Assembly: GCF_900289195.1 (NCBI RefSeq)
Contig: NZ_OMOH01000007.1
Span: 1-32,000 of the forward strand
Source: Propionibacterium ruminifibrarum
GTDB taxonomy: Bacteria; Actinomycetota; Actinomycetes; Propionibacteriales; Propionibacteriaceae
DNA: 32,000 bases
Reading direction: 5' to 3'
How positions within the stretch are numbered: the stretch's first letter is position 1; each line of letters starts with the position of its first letter. This document shows, in pieces, positions 15,904-23,878 of the stretch. The position numbers and the translations under genes were made by a program. The notes beneath the pieces are model-generated. The model had not been told where the DNA came from, searched no databases, and was given only the letters and a program-made list of their open reading frames with translations.

Positions 15904-16532
15904 GAGTCCTCATCGTCGATGACGACGCCATCGTCGCCGGCTCACTCGCCACCATCCTCGATGCCGAGGACGACATCGAGGTCGCCGGGACAGCCGGCAG
16001 CGGCCCCGAGGCCGTCGAGCTGCACGCCCGCGAACGGCCCGACATCTGGCTCATGGACATCCAGATGCCCGCAGGCGACGGGCTGGCGGCGGCCGAACGG
16101 ATCCTGGCCGGTGACGAGCAGGCGCGCATCGTCTTCCTCACCACCTTCTCCGACGACGAGTACATCGTGCGGGCGCTGCGGATGGGCGCCCGGGGCTACC
16201 TGATCAAGCAGGACGTCGCGCGGATCGCGCCGGCCCTGCGCAGTGTCATGGCCGGGATGCGGGTGCTCGAGGGCGAAGTGCTCGAACGCACCGCCGCCCT
16301 GAGTACCGGGGGCACCGCCGGGTCGTCACGCAACGGGGCGTTCAGCGCCCTCACCGACCGCGAGTACGAGGTCGTCGAGGCCGTCTGCGAGGGCCTGGAC
16401 AACGCCGAGATCGCCGAGCGGCTCTTCATGAGCGAGGGCACCGTGCGCAATCACATCAGCGCGGTGCTGGCCAAGCTCGGGCTGCGCAACCGCACCCAGA
16501 TCGCCGTGCTCTACTACCGGGCGGGTTCCTGA
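15900..16532 (+). CDS. NarL/LuxR family response regulator
   Basis: Receiver domain reads MRVLIVDDD...DIWLMDIQMP. The C-terminal LuxR HTH reads LTDREYEVVEAVCEGLDNAEIAERLFMSEGTVRNHISAVLAKLG. Confidence 0.95.
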   Translation: MRVLIVDDDAIVAGSLATILDAEDDIEVAGTAGSGPEAVELHARERPDIWLMDIQMPAGDGLAAAERILAGDEQARIVFLTTFSDDEYIVRALRMGARGYLIKQDVARIAPALRSVMAGMRVLEGEVLERTAALSTGGTAGSSRNGAFSALTDREYEVVEAVCEGLDNAEIAERLFMSEGTVRNHISAVLAKLGLRNRTQIAVLYYRAGS

Positions 16533-16601
16533 CGGTTCGGCCGTGCCTCTCGGCCCCGGAGGGGACCCCACCATCGGTGAGCCCATGGCGGTCGCAGAGC
16601 G

Positions 16602-17489
16602 TCACTGCCCGGCGGCGGTCAGAGAGGAACGCAGCTGGGCCAGGAAGCGTTCGGCCATGGGGGAGAAGACCTGGTGCCTGCGCCAGATGAGGTGCATCGT
16701 CGTGGTGAGCGCGGGGGCCAGCGGCAGGAACACGAGGCTGGTGCCCTCACCCGTACCGACGAGCCGGTCGAAGGTGAGCAGGCAGCCCAGCCCCTCACGG
16801 ACGAAGACGGCGCCGTTGTAGGCGAGCCGGAAGGTGCCCTCCAGGTGCAGCTGGGGCATCCGCTCGGCGGCCCAGAGGGGGATGTCCCTCCGCCAGGACT
16901 GCTCGGAGCAGAACAGCGGCACACCGACCAGGTCGTCCAGTGTCACGGCGCTCCTGCTCGCCAGCTCGTGATCATCCCGCACCACCACGCCCCACACGTC
17001 GGCGCCGGGGAACGTGAGGTGCTCGTACTTCTCGTCGTCGGGCTCCTCGACCAGGGCGGCGAAGTCCAGGACACCCCGGTCGAGCTTCTCCGTCACCTGC
17101 TCGGTGTCACCGCTGGTGATGTGGTACCGAAGTCCCGGGCACGCCTGTTTGAGGCGTTTGATCTCGCGGGCGATGAGACTCACCTGATGCGATTCGGCGA
17201 GGCCCAGGTAGATGTCGCCGCCCGTGACGTCCCCCAGACCCGAGAACTCCTGCTCGATGCGCTCGGCCATGAGAACGAGATCGGCGGCGCGCTCGCGCAG
17301 CAGCACGCCCTCGTCGGTGAGGTCCACGCTGGTGCTGTGGCGCACGAACAGTCTCTGGCCCAGCTCCCGTTCCAATGACTTCATCTGCTTGGACAGCGTG
17401 GGCTGGGTCACGTGCAGCTGTTCCGCGGCACGGGTCATGCTCCCCTCACGCGCGATCGCGAGGAAGGAGCGCAGGACGCGAATCTCCAT
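16602..17489 (-). CDS. LysR family transcriptional regulator
   Basis: MEIRVLRSFLAIAREGSMTRAAEQLHVTQPTLSKQMKSLERELGQRLF is the canonical LysR HTH, followed by a substrate-binding domain. Confidence 0.95.
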   Translation of the reverse strand: MEIRVLRSFLAIAREGSMTRAAEQLHVTQPTLSKQMKSLERELGQRLFVRHSTSVDLTDEGVLLRERAADLVLMAERIEQEFSGLGDVTGGDIYLGLAESHQVSLIAREIKRLKQACPGLRYHITSGDTEQVTEKLDRGVLDFAALVEEPDDEKYEHLTFPGADVWGVVVRDDHELASRSAVTLDDLVGVPLFCSEQSWRRDIPLWAAERMPQLHLEGTFRLAYNGAVFVREGLGCLLTFDRLVGTGEGTSLVFLPLAPALTTTMHLIWRRHQVFSPMAERFLAQLRSSLTAAGQ

Positions 17490-17517
17490 GGTCCCGCCTC
17501 ATTTTCAGTGATGTGAG

Positions 17518-17543
17518 ATGCGCAACAAGCATATCTGACATGC
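17518..17543. promoter_or_regulatory. Candidate LysR box(es) in an A/T-rich divergent promoter
   Basis: ATGC-N7-GCAT-N7-ATGC forms overlapping dyads that contain a T-N11-A motif. It lies 29 nt upstream of the LysR start and about 125 nt upstream of the hydrolase gene. Confidence 0.4.
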
Positions 17544-17666
17544 AGAAAAACCATTGGAGAAATAACACTGGGATGACGAGAATCGTTCCAGAAGCCCTGT
17601 GGTCGTGCCGACGGACCACCGACTGCCGCTCTCACCGCAGGAAGAGGCCAGAAGGAGACGAGGATC

Positions 17667-18650
17667 ATGCAGAACGAACAGCTCAACCTGACCCAGGAGT
17701 GGGACAAGGTCTTCCCGCCCAGCGACGCGGTGGACCACGAGAAGGTCACCTTCCACAATCGCTTCGGCATCACCCTGGCGGCCGACCTCTACAAGCCCAG
17801 GGGAACCAATGGGACTCTTCCGGCACTCGCCGTGAGCGGGCCCTTCGGCGCTGTGAAGGAGCAGTCCAGCGGACTGTACGCCCAGGCCATGGCCGAACGC
17901 GGCTTCCTCACCATCGCCTTCGACCCCAGCTTCACCGGTGAGTCAGGCGGCGAGCCCCGCTTCATGAACTCCCCGGACATCAACATCGAGGACTTCCAGG
18001 CAGCAGTCGACTACCTGTCCGTGCGTGACGACGTCGACTCCGAGCGCATCGGCATCATCGGTGTCTGCGGCTGGGGCGGCATGGCGCTGGCCGCAGCGGC
18101 AGCCGACCCGCGGATCAAGGCAACCGTCGCCTCGACCATGTACGACATGAGCCGAGTGGCCGCCAACGGCTACTTCGACTCGGCCGACAGCGCCGAGGCC
18201 CGCAACCAGGCACGTGCCACCGTCGCCGCCCAGCGCACCGCCGACTACCGTTCCGGCAGCTACGCCATGGCCGGCGGTGTCGTGGACCCGCTGCCCGAAG
18301 ATGCCCCCGACTTCGTCAAGGACTACCACGCCTACTACAAGACGCCCCGCGGCTACCACCCCCGCTCGCTGAACTCCAACGACGGCTGGACCGTCATCGG
18401 CGGGTCCTCTCTGATGAACGCCACCTTGCTGGGCTACATCGAGGAGATCGAGAACGCCGTCATGATCGTCCACGGCGAGGCGGCCCACTCCTACTACATG
18501 GGCAAGGACGCCTTCGCCCGGCTGAAGGGGGACAACAAGGAGTTCGTCTCCATCCCCGGCGCCTCCCACACCGACCTGTACGACGGCGGTGAGCAGAACG
18601 CGATCCCGTGGGAGCGGATCACCGCGTTCCTCACGACGCACCTGGTCTGA
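17667..18650 (+). CDS. Alpha/beta hydrolase, dienelactone-hydrolase-like with Cys at the nucleophile elbow
   Basis: The nucleophile elbow reads IGIIGVCGWGG (GxCxG rather than GxSxG). The likely catalytic His is in PGASHTDLYD. RBS GAAGGAGACGAGG precedes ATG 17667. Confidence 0.85.
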   Translation: MQNEQLNLTQEWDKVFPPSDAVDHEKVTFHNRFGITLAADLYKPRGTNGTLPALAVSGPFGAVKEQSSGLYAQAMAERGFLTIAFDPSFTGESGGEPRFMNSPDINIEDFQAAVDYLSVRDDVDSERIGIIGVCGWGGMALAAAAADPRIKATVASTMYDMSRVAANGYFDSADSAEARNQARATVAAQRTADYRSGSYAMAGGVVDPLPEDAPDFVKDYHAYYKTPRGYHPRSLNSNDGWTVIGGSSLMNATLLGYIEEIENAVMIVHGEAAHSYYMGKDAFARLKGDNKEFVSIPGASHTDLYDGGEQNAIPWERITAFLTTHLV

Positions 18651-18674
18651 TCACCAGCGGTCGGACCCGTACCG

Positions 18675-18708
18675 CAGGGGCTCGCGCACGAGGTTGCGCG
18701 GGCCCCTG
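18675..18708. terminator. Bidirectional hairpin between convergent hydrolase and DUF4253 genes
   Basis: CAGGGGCTCGCGCA-CGAGGT-TGCGCGGGCCCCTG forms a 14-bp stem with one U-G pair and a 6-nt loop. Confidence 0.55.
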
Positions 18709-18759
18709 GGTGTCTGGCCCGGAGGACTCCTCGTGGCCGGGGGTCTTGCGTTCAGCCGC

Positions 18760-19578
18760 TCAGTCCCACCACAGGCCGAGGACGGGGGAGAAGTCCCTGA
18801 ACTCGATGTAGGACTCGAGGTCGTGGAAGTCGCTCTGCTCGTAGTCGTCCGGGCAGACCCGGTAGACCTCCGCGAGCAGGTCCATGAGTTCGTGGTGGAT
18901 GAGGCCGTCCGGGGGCAGCTGGAGCGTGAGCGTGTCGAAGCCGATGCCCACCAGGGTGAGGTGGTAACGCTCCTGCCATGAGGCCGCGATGCGCGCGATG
19001 GCCTCGCCCTCAAGACCGTAGTTGGTCGGCCCCCACCAGCCGAGCCCGCTCAGCGCCCCGGCCGGCGAGGTGGCCGGGACGAGGCCCAGGGCCAGCGGTT
19101 CGCTCCCGTTCCAGGGGACGATGAGCTCATCCGCGCCGGCCGGTGGAGCCTCGACCGGGCCGCCGAGCCGGCGCACCGCGGCGATCGGGGCGATGTTTCC
19201 CAGGTGGGCGGCCATGTCGTCGGGATCGGCGAAGTCCTGTGGATCGGTGGGGGAGAGCAGGAAGTCCTCGACGTCGAAGTCGCTGTTCCCGCCCGGCTCG
19301 AACAACTCGCCGTTGCGCCAGGGGCGTTCCAGGTCCCCGGCAAAACCGGCCAGGGCCACCGGCCAGAGCCCGGTCCGCCCGAAATCCGCGGCGAGGCGGC
19401 GCATCCACGCACCAAGGAGTTCCGGCTCGACGGGCTCGGCGGTCATCCAGGCCAGCGGCACGATGCGGCGGTCAGTATCGAACGGGCCCAGATGGACACC
19501 GGACGGGAGATCGATTCCGCAGAGCCGGAGGGGCCCCTCGGGCGGGACGGTTCCTGGGGACGGCGAACGAAATGACAT
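18760..19578 (-). CDS. DUF4253 domain-containing protein
   Basis: The C-terminus ...IAASWQERYHLTLVGIGFDTLTLQLPP...LLAEVYRVCPDDYEQ...VLGLWWD matches my recollection of the DUF4253 signature, which ends in WWD. N-terminal GLWPV and PW..GEL motifs also fit. I chose ATG 19578 (MSFRSP...) although the ORF opens at 19641. Confidence 0.8.
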   Translation of the reverse strand: MSFRSPSPGTVPPEGPLRLCGIDLPSGVHLGPFDTDRRIVPLAWMTAEPVEPELLGAWMRRLAADFGRTGLWPVALAGFAGDLERPWRNGELFEPGGNSDFDVEDFLLSPTDPQDFADPDDMAAHLGNIAPIAAVRRLGGPVEAPPAGADELIVPWNGSEPLALGLVPATSPAGALSGLGWWGPTNYGLEGEAIARIAASWQERYHLTLVGIGFDTLTLQLPPDGLIHHELMDLLAEVYRVCPDDYEQSDFHDLESYIEFRDFSPVLGLWWD

Positions 19579-19621
19579 GTCCCCGATCCTAGGGGCAGGG
19601 TCTCCGCGTCCGCAGCACATG

Positions 19622-19659
19622 AAGGGTCCCGGCCCAGCCATTGCTGAGCCGGGACCCTT
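19622..19659 (-). terminator. Hairpin terminator after the LPXTG adhesin gene
   Basis: Perfect 12-bp stem AAGGGTCCCGGC / GCCGGGACCCTT with a 14-nt loop, 24 nt past the adhesin stop. Confidence 0.55.
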
Positions 19660-19682
19660 GCGGTCAGTCGCTACCCAGTGCG

Positions 19683-21761
19683 TCAGCGACGGCGCAGTGC
19701 GAGAGCGCCACCGACAGTCGCGACGAGCAGGAGCCCAACCGTGAGGCCGCCCGAATCGGCGCCCGTCTTCGGCAGGCGTTGAGGACGCTTGCCGGAGGTG
19801 GTGCTTTCAGCGGCCGGTGCGGTGCTGCTGTCGGTCGCCTCTGGAGAGCTGCTGCTCGGAACATCAGAGGGCGAACTCGCAGCAGGGCTGCTGGGTTCGG
19901 GGGTCGGGCTGCTGGGCTCTGGAGTTGGGCTGCTTGGTTCCGGGGTCGGGCTGCTTGGTTCCGGGGTCGGGCTGCTTGGTTCCGGGGTCGGGCTGCTTGG
20001 TTCCGGGGTCGGGCTGCTTGGTTCCGGGGTCGGGCTGCTTGGTTCCGGGGTCGGGCTGCTTGGTTCCGGGGTCGGGCTGCTTGGTTCCGGCGTGGTGATG
20101 AGCTTGTTGTCGAACACCATGTCACCGGCAGGCTCGCCATCCTTGGTGATGACCGGATCACACTCCAGCATCCCGTCACCGTCGGTGTCGGTCGGGGTCA
20201 CGGCCACGGTGTAGACCGCCGTGTCGTTCTCGTATCCCTGCGGTCCCTCATCCGGATTCTCCCGGACCGTGTAGGTGTGGGTGACACCGATGTCCTGGCG
20301 GCCGTAGCTGATCGGGTCGAAGGAGACGGTGCCGTCCGTGGTGTTCTGCGCGGTCTGCAGAACGATGCCGTCGGCGTCGAGCAGCTCGAAGGAGAAGACC
20401 TTGTCGCCGGGGGCTGCCCCATCGACGGTCTTCGTGGCGGTGAGAACGAGTGACCCGGCGACCTTCGTCGTCTTCGTCGTGTTGCCGCCGACAGTGTTCT
20501 CGATGGTCGTTCCGGCGGGCACCCCGGTGAAGTCCGTCACGATGGTGACCGTCTGCCGCGAGCTGGCGGGAATGGCCTCGGTGTTCGTGATGCTCACCGT
20601 GTTCTTCGCCTCGTCGTAGCTCAGCGAGAAGTAGTTGGAGGCGTAGGAGTCGACGTACGTGACGTTGGAGTCGAGTTCGTCGGTGAGGTTGATCTCGCCG
20701 GCGGCGAAGGCCTGGTCGTTCTCGAAGGTGATGGTGTAGGTGACCGTCTGGTCCTCCGGGTCATCGCTGATCTCGGTCTTGTCGACGCTCTTGTAGCCGA
20801 GCGAGCTGCTGTATCCGGACTGGGGTTTGAGTGTGAAGGACGAGGTCTCGACGTCGGGGCCGTTCGGGCCCGTGTAGGTGATGCTCGAATTGTTCGTGAG
20901 CCTGACCGACGTGCCGGCCGGCACCGTCGCGTCGTAGTAGATGCGGTAATACTTCGTGCCGTCGAGCCGGTCGCCGAAGTCGAAGGTCATGGTGTTGCCC
21001 GAGACCGAGACGATCTGCGCGACCTCCTCGGCCGACAACTCTGGGCCGGTCTGGGCATCGGGGAGTTCGGTCACGATCCTGATCGAGGAGGGATCGAGCA
21101 CCATCTCCGCGGGCAGGGTGTCGCTCACCGTGACACCAGTCATCCTGCTCATCCGGGGATCGACCTCGATGGCGTAGGTGACGGTCACGTCCCTGTTCTG
21201 GTCGTACACGCCGGAACTCGCCGTGTCCTGCGTGTAGCCGTCACCCTCGTACCCCCACTTGATGATGCCCCGCGTCTCAGGGCCCACGCCGCCGCCGTGG
21301 CTGCCGGCGCCCACGGTGATCGTCTTGGAGGCGTCACCGACGGTCACCGTGGCCGTCGTGGCCGAATCGGAGTTGTTGTTGCCGAAGGCCGAGATCGAGA
21401 ACGACCCGGAGATGCCGTTCGGGGCGTTCTCGTTGAAGACGAGCCGGTACTGGCCGCCTCCCAGATCCTCCACGTCGGAGAAGACCTGCTGACTCACGGC
21501 GAACGAGACGTTCCGCAGCGTGTCGGGAACGGTGACGTTCACGTAGTCGCCGGCACTGATCTGGCCGCGATCGAGCGTGTACGAGACGTTGAACGCCGCG
21601 TACTGGCCATTCGCGATGGACTCGTTCTCGGTCGTGATCGTCGCGTGGAAGTGGGCCGCGGCATCATTCCCCTCGGCGTTCGCCGTGGTCGTGCCGCCGA
21701 ATGCGGTGAGACTCACCACGAGGAGCAGCACTGCTGCGAGCCGGCGCAAACGTCTTCTCAT
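19683..21761 (-). CDS. LPXTG-anchored multi-domain surface adhesin (Ig-like / Cna-type domains, pilin-isopeptide-linkage-like domain, PEPSSPT stalk)
   Basis: - Signal peptide MRRRLRRLAAVLLLVVSLTAFGGTTTANA.
- Ig-like repeats with TVTYTITFEN-type strands.
- FSFELLDADG...YTVRENPDEGPQGY, an FctA/CnaB-like E-box.
- A (PEPSSPT)n stalk.
- Sorting signal LPKTG (19761-19775), then a hydrophobic helix and RRR tail.
- ATG 21761 preceded by GAAGGGAAGGA. Confidence 0.9.
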   Translation of the reverse strand: MRRRLRRLAAVLLLVVSLTAFGGTTTANAEGNDAAAHFHATITTENESIANGQYAAFNVSYTLDRGQISAGDYVNVTVPDTLRNVSFAVSQQVFSDVEDLGGGQYRLVFNENAPNGISGSFSISAFGNNNSDSATTATVTVGDASKTITVGAGSHGGGVGPETRGIIKWGYEGDGYTQDTASSGVYDQNRDVTVTYAIEVDPRMSRMTGVTVSDTLPAEMVLDPSSIRIVTELPDAQTGPELSAEEVAQIVSVSGNTMTFDFGDRLDGTKYYRIYYDATVPAGTSVRLTNNSSITYTGPNGPDVETSSFTLKPQSGYSSSLGYKSVDKTEISDDPEDQTVTYTITFENDQAFAAGEINLTDELDSNVTYVDSYASNYFSLSYDEAKNTVSITNTEAIPASSRQTVTIVTDFTGVPAGTTIENTVGGNTTKTTKVAGSLVLTATKTVDGAAPGDKVFSFELLDADGIVLQTAQNTTDGTVSFDPISYGRQDIGVTHTYTVRENPDEGPQGYENDTAVYTVAVTPTDTDGDGMLECDPVITKDGEPAGDMVFDNKLITTPEPSSPTPEPSSPTPEPSSPTPEPSSPTPEPSSPTPEPSSPTPEPSSPTPEPSSPTPEPSSPTPEPSSPAASSPSDVPSSSSPEATDSSTAPAAESTTSGKRPQRLPKTGADSGGLTVGLLLVATVGGALALRRR
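19885..20094 (-). repeat. 21-bp tandem repeat array (10 units) encoding the (PEPSSPT)n stalk
   Basis: The plus-strand unit is GGGCTGCTTGGTTCCGGGGTC. There are seven identical copies (19927-20073), one nearly identical copy (20074-20094) and two diverged copies (19885-19926). Confidence 0.95.
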
Positions 21762-22125
21762 CGTCCTTCCCTTCGGGTTCGTGTTACGTGGGCCCGGAGG
21801 TGAGGATCCGGGGTAGTTCAGGGTTAGTGTACCTGGACATCTGCTCTGTTCTCTGAACTTGACCCGCCGAGAACGGCTGTGCGGATCGGCGGGATGCTCG
21901 GGCCCGGGGCGATTCGCAGTCCGGCGCGGCGGCCGGCTGGCCCGAACCGGCATTGACGGTCAGGCGTTGGCGCATGAGGAACAGCTGCAGGACAGCCGGC
22001 TCTGCCGTCTCTCGCCCTGGATGGAAGGCATGCGCCGGACTGTTACGCTTCGAGCGACTCGGACGAATCGCCGCTCGCCGGCGCTGGACCCCGCGGGTGA
22101 GCAATCGGACCACTGGAGGCTTGTC

Positions 22126-22641
22126 GTGGACGCAGAGGGACTGAGAAGGCTGCAGCGATACATCGGGAAGAGACCGCAGGGGCAGACCGATGAAGAAATC
22201 CTGTCACGTCTTGAAGAAGAAGATCGTAAGCATGGCCTGACTCCCAAGGAGTGGGCCAAGCTGCTGGTGCCGCTCTGCGGCAATGCCGAAAGTGGTCTGT
22301 TCCTGAGGATGCAGGGGAGGGCCGACCTGCGGGATGAGGCGCCGATCCTGATTGATCATACGGTGCGTTTCAGGCAGCGCCCGGAGAAGGAATCCGAGCA
22401 GGTCGTGATCCTCAGGGGACTGTTGCCATTCGTACCTGAGGACGACAGACAGTCCGTGTTGGACAAGGCACTCGCCAGTGCCGCCTGGTTCGGCGCGTAT
22501 GAAGTTGCGAAGTTCCTTGTCGAACAGGGTGCTGACACTCGGGTCGAGTCGAATGGAAGAGGCTTGGCCGAACTGGCGCAGCATGCCGTTGACACCTTCG
22601 GGGATCGACGAGTTCTCGACATGCTGATGACACTGGCATGA
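22126..22641 (+). CDS. Hypothetical protein with C-terminal ankyrin-repeat-like segment
   Basis: GTG 22126 lies 7 nt after GGAGG. The C-terminus SVLDKALASAAWFGAYEVAKFLVEQGADTRVESNGRGLAELAQ fits the ankyrin consensus (..AA..G..evvk.Lve.GAd.n..d..G.t.L..A). Codon usage is clearly A/T-richer than the surroundings. Confidence 0.5.
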   Translation: MDAEGLRRLQRYIGKRPQGQTDEEILSRLEEEDRKHGLTPKEWAKLLVPLCGNAESGLFLRMQGRADLRDEAPILIDHTVRFRQRPEKESEQVVILRGLLPFVPEDDRQSVLDKALASAAWFGAYEVAKFLVEQGADTRVESNGRGLAELAQHAVDTFGDRRVLDMLMTLA

Positions 22642-22880
22642 TGCATGGTGGTGCGAGAATCCCTCGGCGTGTGCTGCTTCGTGGGAGATGACGACCTGCC
22701 CATTCCTTGAAGGCGATGCCGTGCTCCACGGTCAGGGTTCCTGGGCGGACAAGAGTGCCGGGTCACAGCCCTGGCGATCCCTGACACGGAACCGGGTCCT
22801 CCCCGGTAATCGCCCAGTGCCGAGGTCTTCGCTGTCCCGCGCGCTTGACCGGCCCGATCAACGGCTGTTGTCCTGACGCG

Positions 22881-23165
22881 ATGAGGGGATTGGCGCGGCT
22901 CCGGGATGCTCGGGCCTTCTTCGTCGTTGTCCCCGTCACCCTGTGGGCGGTCAATGTGGCGCGGTACCGGACCGTCCTGAGCGGGCGCGGCATCGAGCTG
23001 CACCGGATGGTTCGCAGGCAATGGCGTCCTTGGCCCGTAACGCGCGGTGTCGAGCGGTACCGCCTCGTCCTGAACAACGGGACGCCGGACGACAGACGAC
23101 ACCATCAGGATGCCTGGAGGGGTCTTCGGCGGCACCTTCCGGTGGCGTGGGGAGAAAGCGGGTGA
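22881..23165 (+). CDS. Hypothetical small membrane-anchored protein (TM + PH-like segment), paralog of the next gene
   Basis: MRGLARLRDARAFFVVVPVTLWAVNVARYRTVLSGRGIELHR...WPV has a pattern shared with 23416-23859 (RTVv.rtGIkv.R....WP). There is no strong RBS and the call is weak. Confidence 0.3.
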   Translation: MRGLARLRDARAFFVVVPVTLWAVNVARYRTVLSGRGIELHRMVRRQWRPWPVTRGVERYRLVLNNGTPDDRRHHQDAWRGLRRHLPVAWGESG

Positions 23166-23415
23166 CCAGGCCCGACAAGCCCTGGACGCGATCTGGCGCT
23201 TCGCCGTCGAACAGGGCTGGCCCCCGATCCGGGGACTGTCGCTGTGGACTCGCTCCTGGCTCGTGCGCCTGCCGTTGGACGTGCCGCCGTCATCGGGCGT
23301 GAACCGATGCTGGTCTACCGGGCTCCGGCATGGCACCGGCTGTGGGAGTTCGCCTGCGATTCAGGGATCGCCCTTCTCCTCTTCGGTGTTTCCCCTCACG
23401 GTGACCGCTGTGTCG

Positions 23416-23859
23416 ATGCTGGTGGAGCCCGAAGGCTTCTGGCACGCGGTGGTCGGCGTGCTCGGGCTCCTGTTCGGAGTCGTCTGCATCCTGTTCGCGC
23501 TGGGTGAGGCCTCGCTGAGCTTCAGCCGGACGGTCGTGGACCGGACAGGAATCAAGGTGGATCGCAAAACGACGATCGCTTGGCCGACTTCACGGTCCAG
23601 CCTGTTCGTTGCGGGTGCCCGCGTCCTTGTGGCGGGACCCGACGGGAAAGCCGTTCCCCTGCCGGGGACTGGCGGCGCCCGGGGCGGCTTCGAGCAGCGG
23701 GAGCGGCTCGCTGCTGCCCAGTGTGAGGAGATCTGGTGCTGGGGTGTGGCCAATGGTGTGACGAGTGAGGACGGGTGCTACGTCCGGCTTGATTCTGCCC
23801 CGATGCAGCGTGAGCGTGAGGTCTTCGAGCGCCGCTCGGGCATGACGGCCCCGCGCTGA
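23416..23859 (+). CDS. Hypothetical membrane protein (TM + bacterial PH-like segment), possibly a truncated or frameshifted form of a longer 2-TM protein
   Basis: MLVEPEGFWHAVVGVLGLLFGVVCILFALGEASLSFSRTVVDRTGIKVDRKTTIAWP... The ORF is open from 23110, but the upstream part looks non-coding. An alternative N-terminus lies in another frame from ATG 23307 (see findings). Confidence 0.45.
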   Translation: MLVEPEGFWHAVVGVLGLLFGVVCILFALGEASLSFSRTVVDRTGIKVDRKTTIAWPTSRSSLFVAGARVLVAGPDGKAVPLPGTGGARGGFEQRERLAAAQCEEIWCWGVANGVTSEDGCYVRLDSAPMQREREVFERRSGMTAPR

Positions 23860-23878
23860 GTAGGCCGGACGTGGAAAA

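Noticed and set aside
19885-20094. Possible CRISPR array
   Set aside because: The repeats are contiguous with no spacers, are only 21 bp long, and lie in frame inside a coding sequence.
19641-20453. Plus-strand ORF containing (AAWFRGR)n, and other frames with repeated peptides
   Set aside because: This is simply the antisense or alternative-frame reading of the 21-bp tandem repeat inside the adhesin gene.
22356-23336. 326-aa minus-strand ORF across the islet
   Set aside because: The translation is Arg/Pro/Ser-rich with no motifs. It overlaps the better-supported ankyrin-like ORF and small plus-strand ORFs, and has no RBS.
23110-23415. N-terminal extension of the 23416-23859 ORF (track ORF starts at 23110)
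   Set aside because: The translated extension (…WTRSWLVRLPLDVPPSSGVNRCWSTGLRHGTGCGSS…) is not protein-like. A weak resemblance of GDQARQALDAIWRFAVEQG to the C-terminus of the downstream paralog made me consider a frameshifted fusion of the two small genes, but the similarity is too thin to claim.
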